Of a DNA stretch of 64,000 nt, positions 16,242-26,163 are shown in pieces. Location of the stretch: NCBI GenBank assembly GCA_937921865.1, contig CAKZWF010000037.1, positions 343-64,342 of the forward strand, given 5' to 3'. The notes beneath the pieces were generated by a model, which ran no database searches, was not told the DNA's origin, and saw only the letters and a list, made by a program, of their open reading frames with translations. This stretch comes from an uncultured Pseudomonadales bacterium (lineage in GTDB: Bacteria; Pseudomonadota; Gammaproteobacteria; Pseudomonadales; Azotimanducaceae). Within the stretch, counting starts at the first letter, position 1. Every line of letters starts with the position of its first letter. The translations under genes were made by a program, and so were the position numbers.

Positions 16242-16661
16242 ATGAAGTATCTCCACACAATGATCCGCGTCACTGACGTTGACGCCAGCCTGGATTTTTT
16301 CTGCAACAAACTCGGACTCGAGAAACTACGTCAATACGACAACGATCAGGGTCGCTTCAGCCTGATTTTTCTCGCCGCACCTGGTGACTCGGAAGCGCAG
16401 GTGGAACTGACCCACAACTGGGACCCGGAACCGCTCGAAGGTGGCCGCAACTTTGGCCATCTGGCCTACGCGGTGGAAAACATCTACGAAACCTGCCAGC
16501 GCCTGGCGGATGGTGGTGTCACGATTAATCGTCCGCCCCGCGACGGTCGGATGGCCTTTGTGCGCTCGCCCGATGGCATATCCGTCGAGCTGCTGCAGGC
16601 AGGTGAGGCACTGCCGCCTGCGTCTCCGTGGCAGGAAATGGAAAACACCGGCGAGTGGTAA
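16242..16661 (+). CDS. gloA: Lactoylglutathione lyase (glyoxalase I)
   Basis: MKYLHTMIRVTDVDASLDFF..., ELTHNWD, FGHLAYAV, SPDGISVELLQ align well with my recollection of E. coli GloA. Confidence 0.8.
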   Translation: MKYLHTMIRVTDVDASLDFFCNKLGLEKLRQYDNDQGRFSLIFLAAPGDSEAQVELTHNWDPEPLEGGRNFGHLAYAVENIYETCQRLADGGVTINRPPRDGRMAFVRSPDGISVELLQAGEALPPASPWQEMENTGEW

Positions 16662-16742
16662 TCGACCCGAATGCCGTCACGGCATACCCGGCAAAACCCA
16701 GCCAACCCTGAAACAACCAAGATCAACTACAGGAAACAAACT

Positions 16743-17357
16743 ATGAAATTTTACAACTCAATGGGTCCGAACCCACAGGTCGTCCGGATGTTTGCCGCCG
16801 AACGCGGCATCACGCTGGACATGGTGGAAGTTGATCTGATGGCTGGCGAAAACCGTCAGGAAGACTATCTCAAGAAAAACCCGGGCGGTCAGTTGCCATG
16901 CCTGGAACTCGATGACGGCAGCTACGTTGCCGAGATTCTCCCAATTTGTGAATATCTCGACGAAACCGCCGACGGACCCCGCCTGCTGGGCGAGACGGCT
17001 GAAGAACGGGCAAAAAATCGCATGTGGACCCGCCGCATAGATCTCTATATCTGTGAGCCACTGGCAACGGGGTTCCGTGGTGCAGAAGGCCGAGCACTGT
17101 TTGAAAACCGCATGACCCTGCTGTCGCCTGAAGCCTGCGGAGACCTCAAAGCGCTGGCCCAGGAAAAAATCACCTGGCTGGACGGCTTGATGGGTGGCAG
17201 CGACTACCTCGGCGGCGACAAACCTTCCCTGGCGGATATTCTGCTGTTCTGTTTCCTGGCATTCGGCAACAGCGTCGGCCAGCCTCTGAACGAAGCCAAC
17301 AAGAACGTCAGCGCCTGGTTTGAACGCATGCAGGCGAGAGCCAGCGCCAGCGCCTGA
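16743..17357 (+). CDS. Glutathione S-transferase family protein
   Basis: The N-terminal thioredoxin-like part carries NPGGQLPCLELDDGSYVAEILPICEYLDE. The internal ATG at 16743 is preferred to 16671. Confidence 0.85.
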   Translation: MKFYNSMGPNPQVVRMFAAERGITLDMVEVDLMAGENRQEDYLKKNPGGQLPCLELDDGSYVAEILPICEYLDETADGPRLLGETAEERAKNRMWTRRIDLYICEPLATGFRGAEGRALFENRMTLLSPEACGDLKALAQEKITWLDGLMGGSDYLGGDKPSLADILLFCFLAFGNSVGQPLNEANKNVSAWFERMQARASASA

Positions 17358-17397
17358 GTTCGTTCTATTCGACGGGGATTCCCCGTTTGCCCCGAAT

Positions 17398-17421
17398 CCC
17401 GGGCGCGGCAACGCGCCCGGG
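17398..17421 (+). terminator. GC-rich hairpin downstream of the GST gene
   Basis: CCCGGGCGCG-gcaa-CGCGCCCGGG: perfect 10-bp stem with no U-tract. Confidence 0.35.
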
Positions 17422-17788
17422 TCGCTTCGGGCAGCCGGATAGCTGGAAAACTTCAAATTCCGCCGGCCATTTCACACCCGTTACACATGCGCGCCTCTAG
17501 ACTGATCTTTACACGGACTAGATTGCCCGAATACTATATGTTACTTTTCGTATCACATGGCAGCAGACAAACTAGCCTCCGCGAAGCTGTGCTCGAAAAA
17601 GCTGGGCTCGAACTGAGCAAGAAGTGACAGCCTAAGTGGCGCTTTTAACTGACATTATTGCCTGAACTCTTTGCGGCCGACGGCTTCGGCAGAGTTCTCA
17701 CCGGCTCGCCGGATACAGCACGAACCAGAACGCTGATGCTCTCGCATCAGCCGAATTGGGTACAACGGTAACGAAAACAGGATTTTCC

Positions 17789-18979
17789 ATGCGCACCACC
17801 TACATCACCGCTACCGTCATTGCTGTACTCATTTTAGTATGGCTGTTTTCTGGTCAGATGGGTGACTCCGGCCCAGTCCGGCATGCCACCCTGGCTGAGC
17901 AGAACGTCACAGTTTCAGCCAGACACCAGGACTCTGAACTCACCCGCGTTCGCGCGAGGGTCATCAACGCGTCACCGCAGGTGCAGTATGTGATCCTGCG
18001 CGGCAAAACCAACAACAAGCGCACGGTACAGGTCAAAGCAGAAACCAGCGGCCGCATCGTCGATCGCCCTGTCGAGCGTGGCAGCAAAGTCGCAGAAGGT
18101 GATGTGCTGTGCCAGATCTCGATGGAAGATCGATATGCGTCGCTGACTGAATCGCGCGAAGGTGTCAATCAGGCGACCATCGAATACGAAGGCTCGATCA
18201 AACTCAAAGAACGCGGCTTTCAGTCCGATACCGCGATTGCTCAGGCCAAAGCCAAACTTGCCAGCGCTCAAGCCCGGCTCGAACGCAGCAAGCTGGAGAT
18301 TCAGCGCACCACCGTTCGCGCCCCCTTCGATGGCGTGGTGGAAGACGTACACCAGGAGATAGGTGATTACGTCGCTCCCGGAGCTACCTGTGTAACCGTC
18401 GTCGACCTCGACCCGATGTTGCTGGTAGGTCAGGTGGCGGAAAAAGACGTACCGCGCCTGAAAATGGATCTTCCGGTAACCGGCGTCCTGTCAGATGGGC
18501 GGGAAGTCGAAGGGCCAATTACGTTCATCGGCCAGCAGAGCGACCCGGCGACCCGCACCTATCCGGTGGAAATCCAGATTCCCAACCCGGAATACACCCT
18601 GCGCTCGGGGCTTACTACGCAGATTCGCATTCCCGTCCGCGAAGTGATGGCACAGAAAATCAGCCCCGCGCTGTTTGCATTAAATGACGCAGGGGAAATT
18701 GGCGTTCGCACCGTTAACGAGAATGGCGCTGTGGTCTTTCATCTGGTGCAGATCGTCCGGGAAGCACCAGACGGCGTGTGGGTTTCCGGCCTGCCGGATG
18801 TTGCAACCCTCATCACCGTAGGTCAGGAGCTCGTGATACCGGGCGAAATTGTCGAGGTGGACTACGAGGCCACTGGTGAGATGCCAGCCAGCGCGGCCGA
18901 TGAGGCTGTGCAGTCGCCCAGTGACGCGGCAATCATCGAACCGATATCCACACCCACTCTGGCAGCAACCAGCCCATGA
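17789..18979 (+). CDS. Efflux RND transporter periplasmic adaptor subunit
   Basis: N-terminal TM segment, coiled-coil region (AKAKLASAQARLERSKLEIQRT), RAPFDGVV lipoyl-like motif. ATGA overlap with the RND permease gene. Confidence 0.9.
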   Translation: MRTTYITATVIAVLILVWLFSGQMGDSGPVRHATLAEQNVTVSARHQDSELTRVRARVINASPQVQYVILRGKTNNKRTVQVKAETSGRIVDRPVERGSKVAEGDVLCQISMEDRYASLTESREGVNQATIEYEGSIKLKERGFQSDTAIAQAKAKLASAQARLERSKLEIQRTTVRAPFDGVVEDVHQEIGDYVAPGATCVTVVDLDPMLLVGQVAEKDVPRLKMDLPVTGVLSDGREVEGPITFIGQQSDPATRTYPVEIQIPNPEYTLRSGLTTQIRIPVREVMAQKISPALFALNDAGEIGVRTVNENGAVVFHLVQIVREAPDGVWVSGLPDVATLITVGQELVIPGEIVEVDYEATGEMPASAADEAVQSPSDAAIIEPISTPTLAATSP

Positions 18980-21900
18980 ACTCGATCATCGATGCGGCGC
19001 TGAACCGCACCCGGACCACCATGCTGTTGATGCTGATGGTGATTCTGGTCGGACTCATCGCCCGCGCCTCCATTCCGGTTGCCAGCGACCCTCATGTCGA
19101 GGTGCCCTTTTTCATCGTTGGCATCGTTCATGAAGGCATCTCGCCCGAAGACGCCGAACGCCTGCTGGCCATGCCGATGGAAATCGAGCTGCGCAAAGTC
19201 GAAGGTGTCGAGGAACTGACTTCTTATTCCTCTGAGGGCTTCGCCAACCTGATGGTGGAATTCAACGCGGACTATGACCTCGACCAGGCGCTGATGGATG
19301 TTCGAGAAGCGGTTGATCGCGCCAGAGTCGAACTGCCCAGCACCGCGGAAGAGCCGTTTGTCCAGGAAAACTCGGCTGACGATTTCCCGATCATACAGAT
19401 CAACCTGGTCGGCGAAGGTGTCCCTGAGCGGGTCCTCTACAACCTGATTATCGAACTGCGCGATGACATCGAAGCCATTCCCGATGTGCTGGATGCAGAA
19501 CTGCGCGGTCATCGCGAAGAACTGCTCGAAGCCGTCATCGACCCCGCCGCGCTGGAAGCCTACCAGATCTCCAACGAAGAGCTGATCAACACGATGCTGC
19601 GCAACAACCGGCTGATTCCGGCCGGCAGCATAGACACCGGTCAGGGCAGATTTTCAGTCAAGGTGCCCAGCGTGATCGATGACGCCAGCGACGTCTTCGA
19701 CCTGCCGATTAAAACCAGCGGTGACACAGTCGTCACCTTAAGCGACGTCGCCAGCATTCGCCGCACATTCAAAGATCGCACCAGCTATGCGCGGGTGAAC
19801 GGTCGTAACACGCTGTCCCTGCAGGTCAGCAAGCGCGCCAACGCCAATATCATCGACACCAACGATAAGATCAAAGCCATTGTTGAGCGTCACCGCGAAA
19901 CCATGCCCAGCCAGGTCGACGTATTCTACTCTCAGGATCAGGCTCCATTTGCCGAAGCTCAGGTGGTGGAACTGCAGGGCAATATTCTGACAGCGCTGGC
20001 GCTGGTCATGGTTCTGGTGGTTGCGGCGATGGGTTTCCGCAGCGGCCTGATAGTCGGCCTGGGTATTCCGGTGTCGTTTCTGTTTTCGCTGATCTTCGTC
20101 TATCTGCTCGGTTATACATTCAACTTCATGGTCATGTTCGGCATGCTGCTTGGCCTCGGCATGCTCATCGACGGCGCGATTGTGGTCACCGAATACGCGG
20201 ACCGGAAGATGACCGAAGGCTTTGATCGACGGGCCGCCTATGCAATGTCGGCAAAACGCATGTTCTGGCCGGTGACCGCGTCAATTGCGACCACCCTCGC
20301 TGCTTTCCTGCCGCTGATGTTCTGGCCCGGCGTGTCTGGAAAATTCATGCGTTACCTGCCGGTCACAGTGTTTACCGTCCTCAGCGGCTCTCTGGTTTAC
20401 GCGCTGTTTTTCGGACCTGTGCTCGGTTCTCTGTTCGGCAAGGCCGGCAGCAGAGACAAAGCAGCGATGGAAACACTGACGCAGCTGGAAGAAGGTGATC
20501 CCACCAAGCTTAAGAACATTACCGGCTGGTATGCAAAGCTGCTGACCATCGCAAGCCGACACGCCTCGGCAACCCTGATGGTGATATTGGCACTGCTGAT
20601 GACCATCTTCTGGTCCTACGGGCGTTACGGCCAGGGTATGATCTTCTTCTCTGACACCGATCCCAAGTTTGCCCAGATCGCCGTTCGTGCCAGGGGTAAT
20701 CTGGCAGCGGACGAAATTAACCAGCTGGTCTCCGAAGTCGAAAACGAAGTCCTCCACGTAGCCGGCATCAAAGGCATCAACACTTACACTCTGCTCACCG
20801 GTGGCAATTCGCGCGATGGCTTCGACAAAATTGGCGGAATTTTCCTCGAACTGCACGACGAGAACGAACGTGCCCGCAAGGGCTCAGAAATATTCCAGGA
20901 GATTCGTGACCGAACTGCGCCACTATCCGGCATCTCAGTTGAAGTACAGAAAATGGAGCAGGGCCCACCCGTGGGTAAACCCATCCAGATTCAGTTCTCC
21001 TCCTACTCGCGGGATCTGCTGGAACCGGCCGTCACAAAGGTGCGTAACTATCTGGATACCGTCCCGGAACTGCTTGACATAGACGATACCCGCTCGCTGC
21101 CCGGAATAGAGTGGCAGCTCACCGTCGACCGCGCTCAGGCAGCCCTCTACGGTGCCGATGTCTCCCAGGTGGGGGTCGCCGTACAGCTGGTGACCAACGG
21201 CGTTAAAGTCGGTGAATACCGCCCTGACAAAGCGGACGACGCAGTGGATATCCGCGTCCGGTATCCCTTTAAAGACAGGGGCATTGGCGATCTCGACGAT
21301 CTCAAGATCAGCACCGCCAATGGCCTGGTGCCAATCTCCAATTTCGTCAGTCGGTCACCTGCGCCGAATGTAGACACAATCCAGCGCATAGACGGGATCG
21401 GCGTTGAGTTCATTCGCGCCAACGTCATCGACGGCGTGCTGGCCGACGACATTGTAGGTCAGCTGAAGGCCTGGATGGACACCCAGACTTTCGACTCGAG
21501 ACTGAACATTGAATTTCGGGGCGCCAACGAGGAACAGGCGGAATCAATGGCTTTCGTCCAGATGGCCTTTCTGCTGTCACTGCTGCTGATGTTTGTGCTG
21601 CTGGTGACGCAGTTCAACAGCATCTATCAGAGTGTGCTGATACTGGTCGCCGTAGTGATGTCTACCGCCGGCGTGCTGCTCGGACTGCTGATTCTCGAAG
21701 CCCCGTTCAGCGCGATACTTACCGGTGTAGGTGTGGTCGCTCTGGCTGGAATTGTGGTGAATAACAACATCGTCCTGATCGATACCTACAACCACATCCG
21801 CCGGGAACACCCTGAGCTCGACTATGTCAGTGTGATTGTTCGAACCGGCGCGCAGCGGCTCCGGCCAGTCATGCTCACCACGGTGACAACCATCTTCGGG

Positions 21901-22140
21901 CTGCTGCCTCTCGCCAGCAATCTGTCCATAGATCTGGTGAACCGGACAATCACCTATGGCGGCCAGCTGTCATCGTTCTGGGTGCCGCTGTCGCAGGCGA
22001 TCGTTTCAGGGCTTACGTTCGCAACATTGCTGACGCTGGTTGCAACTCCGGCAATGCTCGCCCTCCCCCATCAGATCAAAGGCTGGTATCTGTGGGCAAA
22101 AGACCGGCTGCAGCGCAACGAACCGGCAGTACAGGCTTGA
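18976..22140 (+). CDS. Efflux RND transporter permease subunit (AcrB/AcrD/AcrF family)
   Basis: 1054 aa with the 12-TM, two-large-periplasmic-loop layout and typical blocks (VFLPLMFWPG.., TTVTTIFGLLPLA). Confidence 0.95.
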   Translation: MNSIIDAALNRTRTTMLLMLMVILVGLIARASIPVASDPHVEVPFFIVGIVHEGISPEDAERLLAMPMEIELRKVEGVEELTSYSSEGFANLMVEFNADYDLDQALMDVREAVDRARVELPSTAEEPFVQENSADDFPIIQINLVGEGVPERVLYNLIIELRDDIEAIPDVLDAELRGHREELLEAVIDPAALEAYQISNEELINTMLRNNRLIPAGSIDTGQGRFSVKVPSVIDDASDVFDLPIKTSGDTVVTLSDVASIRRTFKDRTSYARVNGRNTLSLQVSKRANANIIDTNDKIKAIVERHRETMPSQVDVFYSQDQAPFAEAQVVELQGNILTALALVMVLVVAAMGFRSGLIVGLGIPVSFLFSLIFVYLLGYTFNFMVMFGMLLGLGMLIDGAIVVTEYADRKMTEGFDRRAAYAMSAKRMFWPVTASIATTLAAFLPLMFWPGVSGKFMRYLPVTVFTVLSGSLVYALFFGPVLGSLFGKAGSRDKAAMETLTQLEEGDPTKLKNITGWYAKLLTIASRHASATLMVILALLMTIFWSYGRYGQGMIFFSDTDPKFAQIAVRARGNLAADEINQLVSEVENEVLHVAGIKGINTYTLLTGGNSRDGFDKIGGIFLELHDENERARKGSEIFQEIRDRTAPLSGISVEVQKMEQGPPVGKPIQIQFSSYSRDLLEPAVTKVRNYLDTVPELLDIDDTRSLPGIEWQLTVDRAQAALYGADVSQVGVAVQLVTNGVKVGEYRPDKADDAVDIRVRYPFKDRGIGDLDDLKISTANGLVPISNFVSRSPAPNVDTIQRIDGIGVEFIRANVIDGVLADDIVGQLKAWMDTQTFDSRLNIEFRGANEEQAESMAFVQMAFLLSLLLMFVLLVTQFNSIYQSVLILVAVVMSTAGVLLGLLILEAPFSAILTGVGVVALAGIVVNNNIVLIDTYNHIRREHPELDYVSVIVRTGAQRLRPVMLTTVTTIFGLLPLASNLSIDLVNRTITYGGQLSSFWVPLSQAIVSGLTFATLLTLVATPAMLALPHQIKGWYLWAKDRLQRNEPAVQA

Positions 22141-22184
22141 GCAAACGCTTGTGTTGCACCGGAATCCTCGTACCATGACCGCCC

Positions 22185-24689
22185 ATGCACACATCCAGCG
22201 ACTGGCTGTTACCGCTCGACGACAACCGCTGTAGCGACCCTGAACTGGTTGGCGGCAAAGCGTCCCAGCTGCACGCCCTGATCAAAGACGATTTTCCCGT
22301 GCCCCAAGCCTGGGTGCTCACTCAGGCTGCCTTCGACGGACACTTCCCCGACGCCAGCGCTGTCGAGACACCCGATCGACCCATGCTGCAGATGCTCGTG
22401 CAGGCATCGCTGAGGGAAGTGGCTGAAGAGCTGCTCACCGGCGCTACCAGCTACCTCGCAGTACGCAGCTCAGCCCTTGCAGAAGACGGGGTTGATCACA
22501 GTTATGCCGGACAACACGCCACCTACTACTACGTAACCGCCGATTCTCTGGGAAAAGCGGTGATCGATTGCTGGCTGTCGCTGTGGTCAGACGCTGCCAG
22601 TGCCTATCGAGCTCAGGTGCCTTACCAGACGCTGTTCGGCATGCCGATCATCATCCAGCAGATGGTGCCTGCCGAACGATCAGGCGTCTGTTTTACGCGA
22701 GATCCTACCGGTAGACACCCACAGCAGATGCTGATCGAAGCTTCCTGGGGACTGGGTGCTGCTCTGGTCGATGGTCGGGTATCACCTGATCGCTACCGTC
22801 TCGATGCCGACCTCAACCTGACAGACCAGCAGATCGGACAGAAACGCCTGAAGGTAGTTGCTGATCTCAGCAATCCGGATGGTTCACGACTGGAGGGCGT
22901 ACCCGTTCACCAGCAGACCAAACCGGTTCTGTCACCCGCCCAGGCAACCCGTATCGCCGAGCTCGCCGCCCGCGCTGAGCGGCTGAACGACGGTCCCCAG
23001 GACATGGAGTGGGCAATGGTCGGCGAGGAGGTGCATGTACTGCAGAGCCGACCGATTACAGCGCTGCCTTCGCCGAGCACGCCGGCTGATATCACCGGCC
23101 GCTGGGTGCTGTTCAAACCCATTGTTGAGAATATATCTCAGCCGCTGACGCCGCTGACCGTGGACCTGTTTCGGCGGGTGCTGCCGCCAATCGGTCAGTT
23201 TATTCAGGGCCGCTACTACTTGAACGCCGACCTGCTCAAGCTACTCATCCCGGCAGATCTGGATGATTCAGTGCTGCAGGATCTGCTGATGCTGAGGCCC
23301 GTAGATCCAAAACCACCACTGAACTGGCGCAGGCTGCCTAAAACGCTGGGTCTGCTGATCGGTAGCTATCTCAGCTTCGGCATTTCCTGGCATCGTACTG
23401 CGCGTGTGCCACTGGAACGATTGAGCGACTTCACCGAACGCTGCGAGAGTGTGGTTGCAGACGAAACACAGAACCCTTTGACCATCCTTTCCGCGCTGTT
23501 TCTGAATCGGAACCCGCTGGCGCCGATCAGCCAGCTGGCTTTCCAGGTCAACATCTCCGCTGGACGCTATTTCCTGTTAACCGATCTGCTCACCAGACTG
23601 TTGAATAAGTGGGCGCCTGACTTCGATCAGCGCAATCACCTCGCGCTGCTGACCAGCGGCGGTGAAGCGATGATCTCCCAGCAGATGGTAGAGGCTGTGA
23701 AGGACCTGGCGAAGCTCGCCAGCGATGATCCTGAGACCCGGGCTCTGCTGCTGGATGACCCGATTCCCGATACCGGATCGGTACTCCACAATCTTGATCC
23801 AGACCAACCCTTCGCGCGGGCATTCACCGGGTTCCTGGAACGCTTCGGTCACCGGGCCATTGGCGAAATCGAATTGATGACCCCACGCTGGCGGGAAGAT
23901 GCTTCAGCCGTTGTGCAGATGGTTCGAAACCTCCTCAAACAGGAAGGCCTGCCTGCTGCTGTCGACCCACACGGCTTGCGACTGGCTGCCCAGGACACAC
24001 TGCACCAGGCACTGCCAGAACTGTGGCAACGCAAACTCATTGACTGGCTGCTGACACGAATTCGTTACTACGTGACGGCGCGTGAAAACACCCGTTACTT
24101 CCATACCATGACTTTTGCGGCAGTCAGAGCCCGAATCAAGCAGTGGGAGCTGGCTCTGCTGGAAAACCAGCGTTTACGCTGCATAGACGACGTCTTCTTT
24201 CTGGAATGGCCGGAGTTGAGTGCCCTCGAAGCCGGTGCTCTGGACTGGCAGGATGTCGAAGCTCGCATTCTTGAACGACGCCGACTGTACCACCGGCTCT
24301 GCGACAGCGAGCCGCAGGAAAGTTTCAACCTGGGCATGCAACCTCTGGCCGATCTGGCCGGAGAACTGTGTCATGGGGATTGTGCGTCTCCGGGCGTCGC
24401 TGAGGGTAGAGCCAGGGTCATTCTCAATCCAGGCACCAGTGTCAGTATTGAACCTGGAGAGATCCTCGTCGCCCCTTATACCGACCCGGCGTGGACACCG
24501 CTGTTTCCAGCGGCAGCCGCCGTTGTTGTTGAAGTGGGCAGCTTCCTCTCTCACGCCGGCACAGTGGCACGCGAGTACCAGATTCCGTGCCTGGTCGACG
24601 TACGGAACTGCACCAGGATTATCCAGACCGGACAGCTGATTCGAGTGAACGCCAACGAAGGTTGGGTAGAGATTGTGGAGAGTCCCTGA
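22185..24689 (+). CDS. PEP-utilising enzyme with PPDK_N ATP-grasp, a long helical middle region and a C-terminal His-swivel domain (PEP synthase / rifampicin phosphotransferase-like architecture)
   Basis: N-terminus LVGGKASQLHAL..FPVPQAWVL, then DMEWAMVGEEVHVLQSRPIT. C-terminus ILVAPYTDPAWTPLF..AAAVVVEVGSFLSHAGTVAREYQIPCLV. Confidence 0.85.
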   Translation: MHTSSDWLLPLDDNRCSDPELVGGKASQLHALIKDDFPVPQAWVLTQAAFDGHFPDASAVETPDRPMLQMLVQASLREVAEELLTGATSYLAVRSSALAEDGVDHSYAGQHATYYYVTADSLGKAVIDCWLSLWSDAASAYRAQVPYQTLFGMPIIIQQMVPAERSGVCFTRDPTGRHPQQMLIEASWGLGAALVDGRVSPDRYRLDADLNLTDQQIGQKRLKVVADLSNPDGSRLEGVPVHQQTKPVLSPAQATRIAELAARAERLNDGPQDMEWAMVGEEVHVLQSRPITALPSPSTPADITGRWVLFKPIVENISQPLTPLTVDLFRRVLPPIGQFIQGRYYLNADLLKLLIPADLDDSVLQDLLMLRPVDPKPPLNWRRLPKTLGLLIGSYLSFGISWHRTARVPLERLSDFTERCESVVADETQNPLTILSALFLNRNPLAPISQLAFQVNISAGRYFLLTDLLTRLLNKWAPDFDQRNHLALLTSGGEAMISQQMVEAVKDLAKLASDDPETRALLLDDPIPDTGSVLHNLDPDQPFARAFTGFLERFGHRAIGEIELMTPRWREDASAVVQMVRNLLKQEGLPAAVDPHGLRLAAQDTLHQALPELWQRKLIDWLLTRIRYYVTARENTRYFHTMTFAAVRARIKQWELALLENQRLRCIDDVFFLEWPELSALEAGALDWQDVEARILERRRLYHRLCDSEPQESFNLGMQPLADLAGELCHGDCASPGVAEGRARVILNPGTSVSIEPGEILVAPYTDPAWTPLFPAAAAVVVEVGSFLSHAGTVAREYQIPCLVDVRNCTRIIQTGQLIRVNANEGWVEIVESP

Positions 24690-24690
24690 C

Positions 24691-24969
24691 ATGGCAGCCC
24701 TACTGGTGTTCATTCTCGGACTGCCGCTGGCCGTCTACACTCTGGCGGGTTTTTTCACCCTGCTGGACTTCACCGACAAAGCCCGGGCTCTGCTGCTGAT
24801 CACCATCAGAATTCTGCTGAACGTGATTCTGCTGCTGGTCGCCGGTGCCGATACCTGGCCGTGGCTGCTGAGCGCCTATGGCATCGTCAGTGCCCTGCAC
24901 CTGCTGGCTTTTACCGGCGTTCGGGTCGCGATCAACAGCGGCCGCTGGATCAGTAAAAACCTGGACTGA
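24691..24969 (+). CDS. Small (92 aa) three-TM membrane protein of unknown function
   Basis: The ATG at 24691 lies 1 nt after the upstream TGA. Three hydrophobic segments are visible. Confidence 0.55.
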   Translation: MAALLVFILGLPLAVYTLAGFFTLLDFTDKARALLLITIRILLNVILLLVAGADTWPWLLSAYGIVSALHLLAFTGVRVAINSGRWISKNLD

Positions 24970-24977
24970 AAACAATC

Positions 24978-25171
24978 GGGGTCGAACCGGACTTTTCCGA
25001 TTCGGATGACTCGCGAAACCTCGGTTCGACCCCTCTTTCTGCCACTTTCTGTGCGACCACACTTGCTGGGCACTTGCTGATTCGGATTGGCTGCGAAACC
25101 TCGGTTCGACCCCACTTTGAGGAAAAGAACCCCGGCGGCTGGGGATTGGGGAGGGGAAGGCTGCCGCCGGG
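24978..25171. repeat. REP-like element cluster (family B)
   Basis: GGGGTCGAACCG (24978-24989) is inverted relative to CGGTTCGACCCC (25022-25033). A 35-bp direct repeat gattcgga..gcgaaacctcggttcgacccc occurs at 24999-25033 and 25079-25113. There is also a CCCCGGCGGC/GCCGCCGGGG hairpin. Confidence 0.65.
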
Positions 25172-25301
25172 GTGCTCAAACTGGTTTGCTAACGGGTAGA
25201 GACACAACATATGTCTGCCCTGCCTGTTTTAGTTATAGCAAAAGACTCAGATCTCACCAGGCTTCTTCCGATATTCGGTGTAAGCTTCCCGACCAGTTGC
25301 G

Positions 25302-26108
25302 CTACGCTCTCCCCGAAAGGCCGTTAAGCCATTGTATTACAACGGGATAAGCAGATTTATCCTGGATCAGGAAGAGATGTCCACCGGCGAAAAACTGCAG
25401 CTCCGCAGCGGCAATCTGTGCCGCCATGGCCTCCATGTTGGCTTTCGGGGCGATACCGTCAAATTCACCACCGACCAGCAATACCGGCATGTCCAGCCCC
25501 GGCAAACGGGTGAAGGTGTCATGGCCAGCCCGCGCCATCAGCTGGCGCCGCGCCCCCATGAGATCCCGATCATTCCGCCGACCCGCTGCAGCCATGCTCA
25601 GAAGCGTCTGCCAGCGCTCCGGATTAGCTTCACGCCAGGCTGCATCCCGGCGCAGATCCGCCAGCTCAAGGTGTCTGGCAGCCCGCATGTCGTCCGGCAG
25701 CTGCTCCAGATCCTGCAGGGGAAAGGATGCTCCCCCCGCCCCACCTGAGCTGGTACAGGCCAGCACCAGAGCGCTGACCTGGTGGGAATGCCGCAGGGCC
25801 AGTTCCTGAGCCACCATTCCGCCAAAAGACACGCCCATCACCGGTACCGGGCCCCAGCCGAGCGCATCGAGCAGCGCTGCAGCATCATCAGCATAGTCAG
25901 CCATCGTATAGTCGACATCGGGTTTATCAGACTGCCCGAGACCGCGCTGATCGTAGCTGAGGATCTCGAAGCGCGCGCCGAGTGGGCTGTCGAAGACATT
26001 GGGTTTGGCGCGCAGATCGCCACCGGTACCGCTGATAAACAACAGCCGCTCTCCGCTGCCGTGGGTTTCGAAATAAAGACTGATGCCGTTGGCTTTAAGA
26101 TGAGGCAT
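25302..26108 (-). CDS. Alpha/beta hydrolase
   Basis: HGSGERLLFISGTGGDL, nucleophile elbow GVSFGG, C-terminal GGHLF. The ATG at 26108 is preferred. Confidence 0.85.
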   Translation of the reverse strand: MPHLKANGISLYFETHGSGERLLFISGTGGDLRAKPNVFDSPLGARFEILSYDQRGLGQSDKPDVDYTMADYADDAAALLDALGWGPVPVMGVSFGGMVAQELALRHSHQVSALVLACTSSGGAGGASFPLQDLEQLPDDMRAARHLELADLRRDAAWREANPERWQTLLSMAAAGRRNDRDLMGARRQLMARAGHDTFTRLPGLDMPVLLVGGEFDGIAPKANMEAMAAQIAAAELQFFAGGHLFLIQDKSAYPVVIQWLNGLSGRA

Positions 26109-26163
26109 GTTTGTTGTCCGTTGCTGCTCATGTATTCTCACGAGTTTGCCAGGAGCCGAACCC

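Noticed and set aside
16758-17456. Long antisense ORFs opposite well-supported genes. Examples: 16758..17456(-), 26347..27048(-), 30112..30828(+), 30746..31417(-), 47219..47815(-), 50356..51015(-), 52233..52868(-), 53694..54287(-), 56304..57155(+), 60588..61250(-), 18862..19512(-).
   Set aside because: Each lies entirely within a gene on the other strand that has clear family motifs. Their translations are Arg/Pro/Ser/Gly-rich low-complexity sequence, typical of shadow ORFs in GC-rich DNA. None has an SD or a recognisable domain.
17496-17524. TCTAGAC heptamer upstream of the RND operon, which resembles the half-site in the TetR operator candidate at 2194-2227.
   Set aside because: A 7-mer is expected several times by chance in 64 kb on two strands. 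The second half here (GGACTAGA) is not a true inverted repeat.
25014-25113. GGTTCGACCCC motifs resembling a tRNA T-arm.
   Set aside because: No acceptor, D or anticodon arms can be drawn. The motif is part of the family-B inverted/direct repeat.
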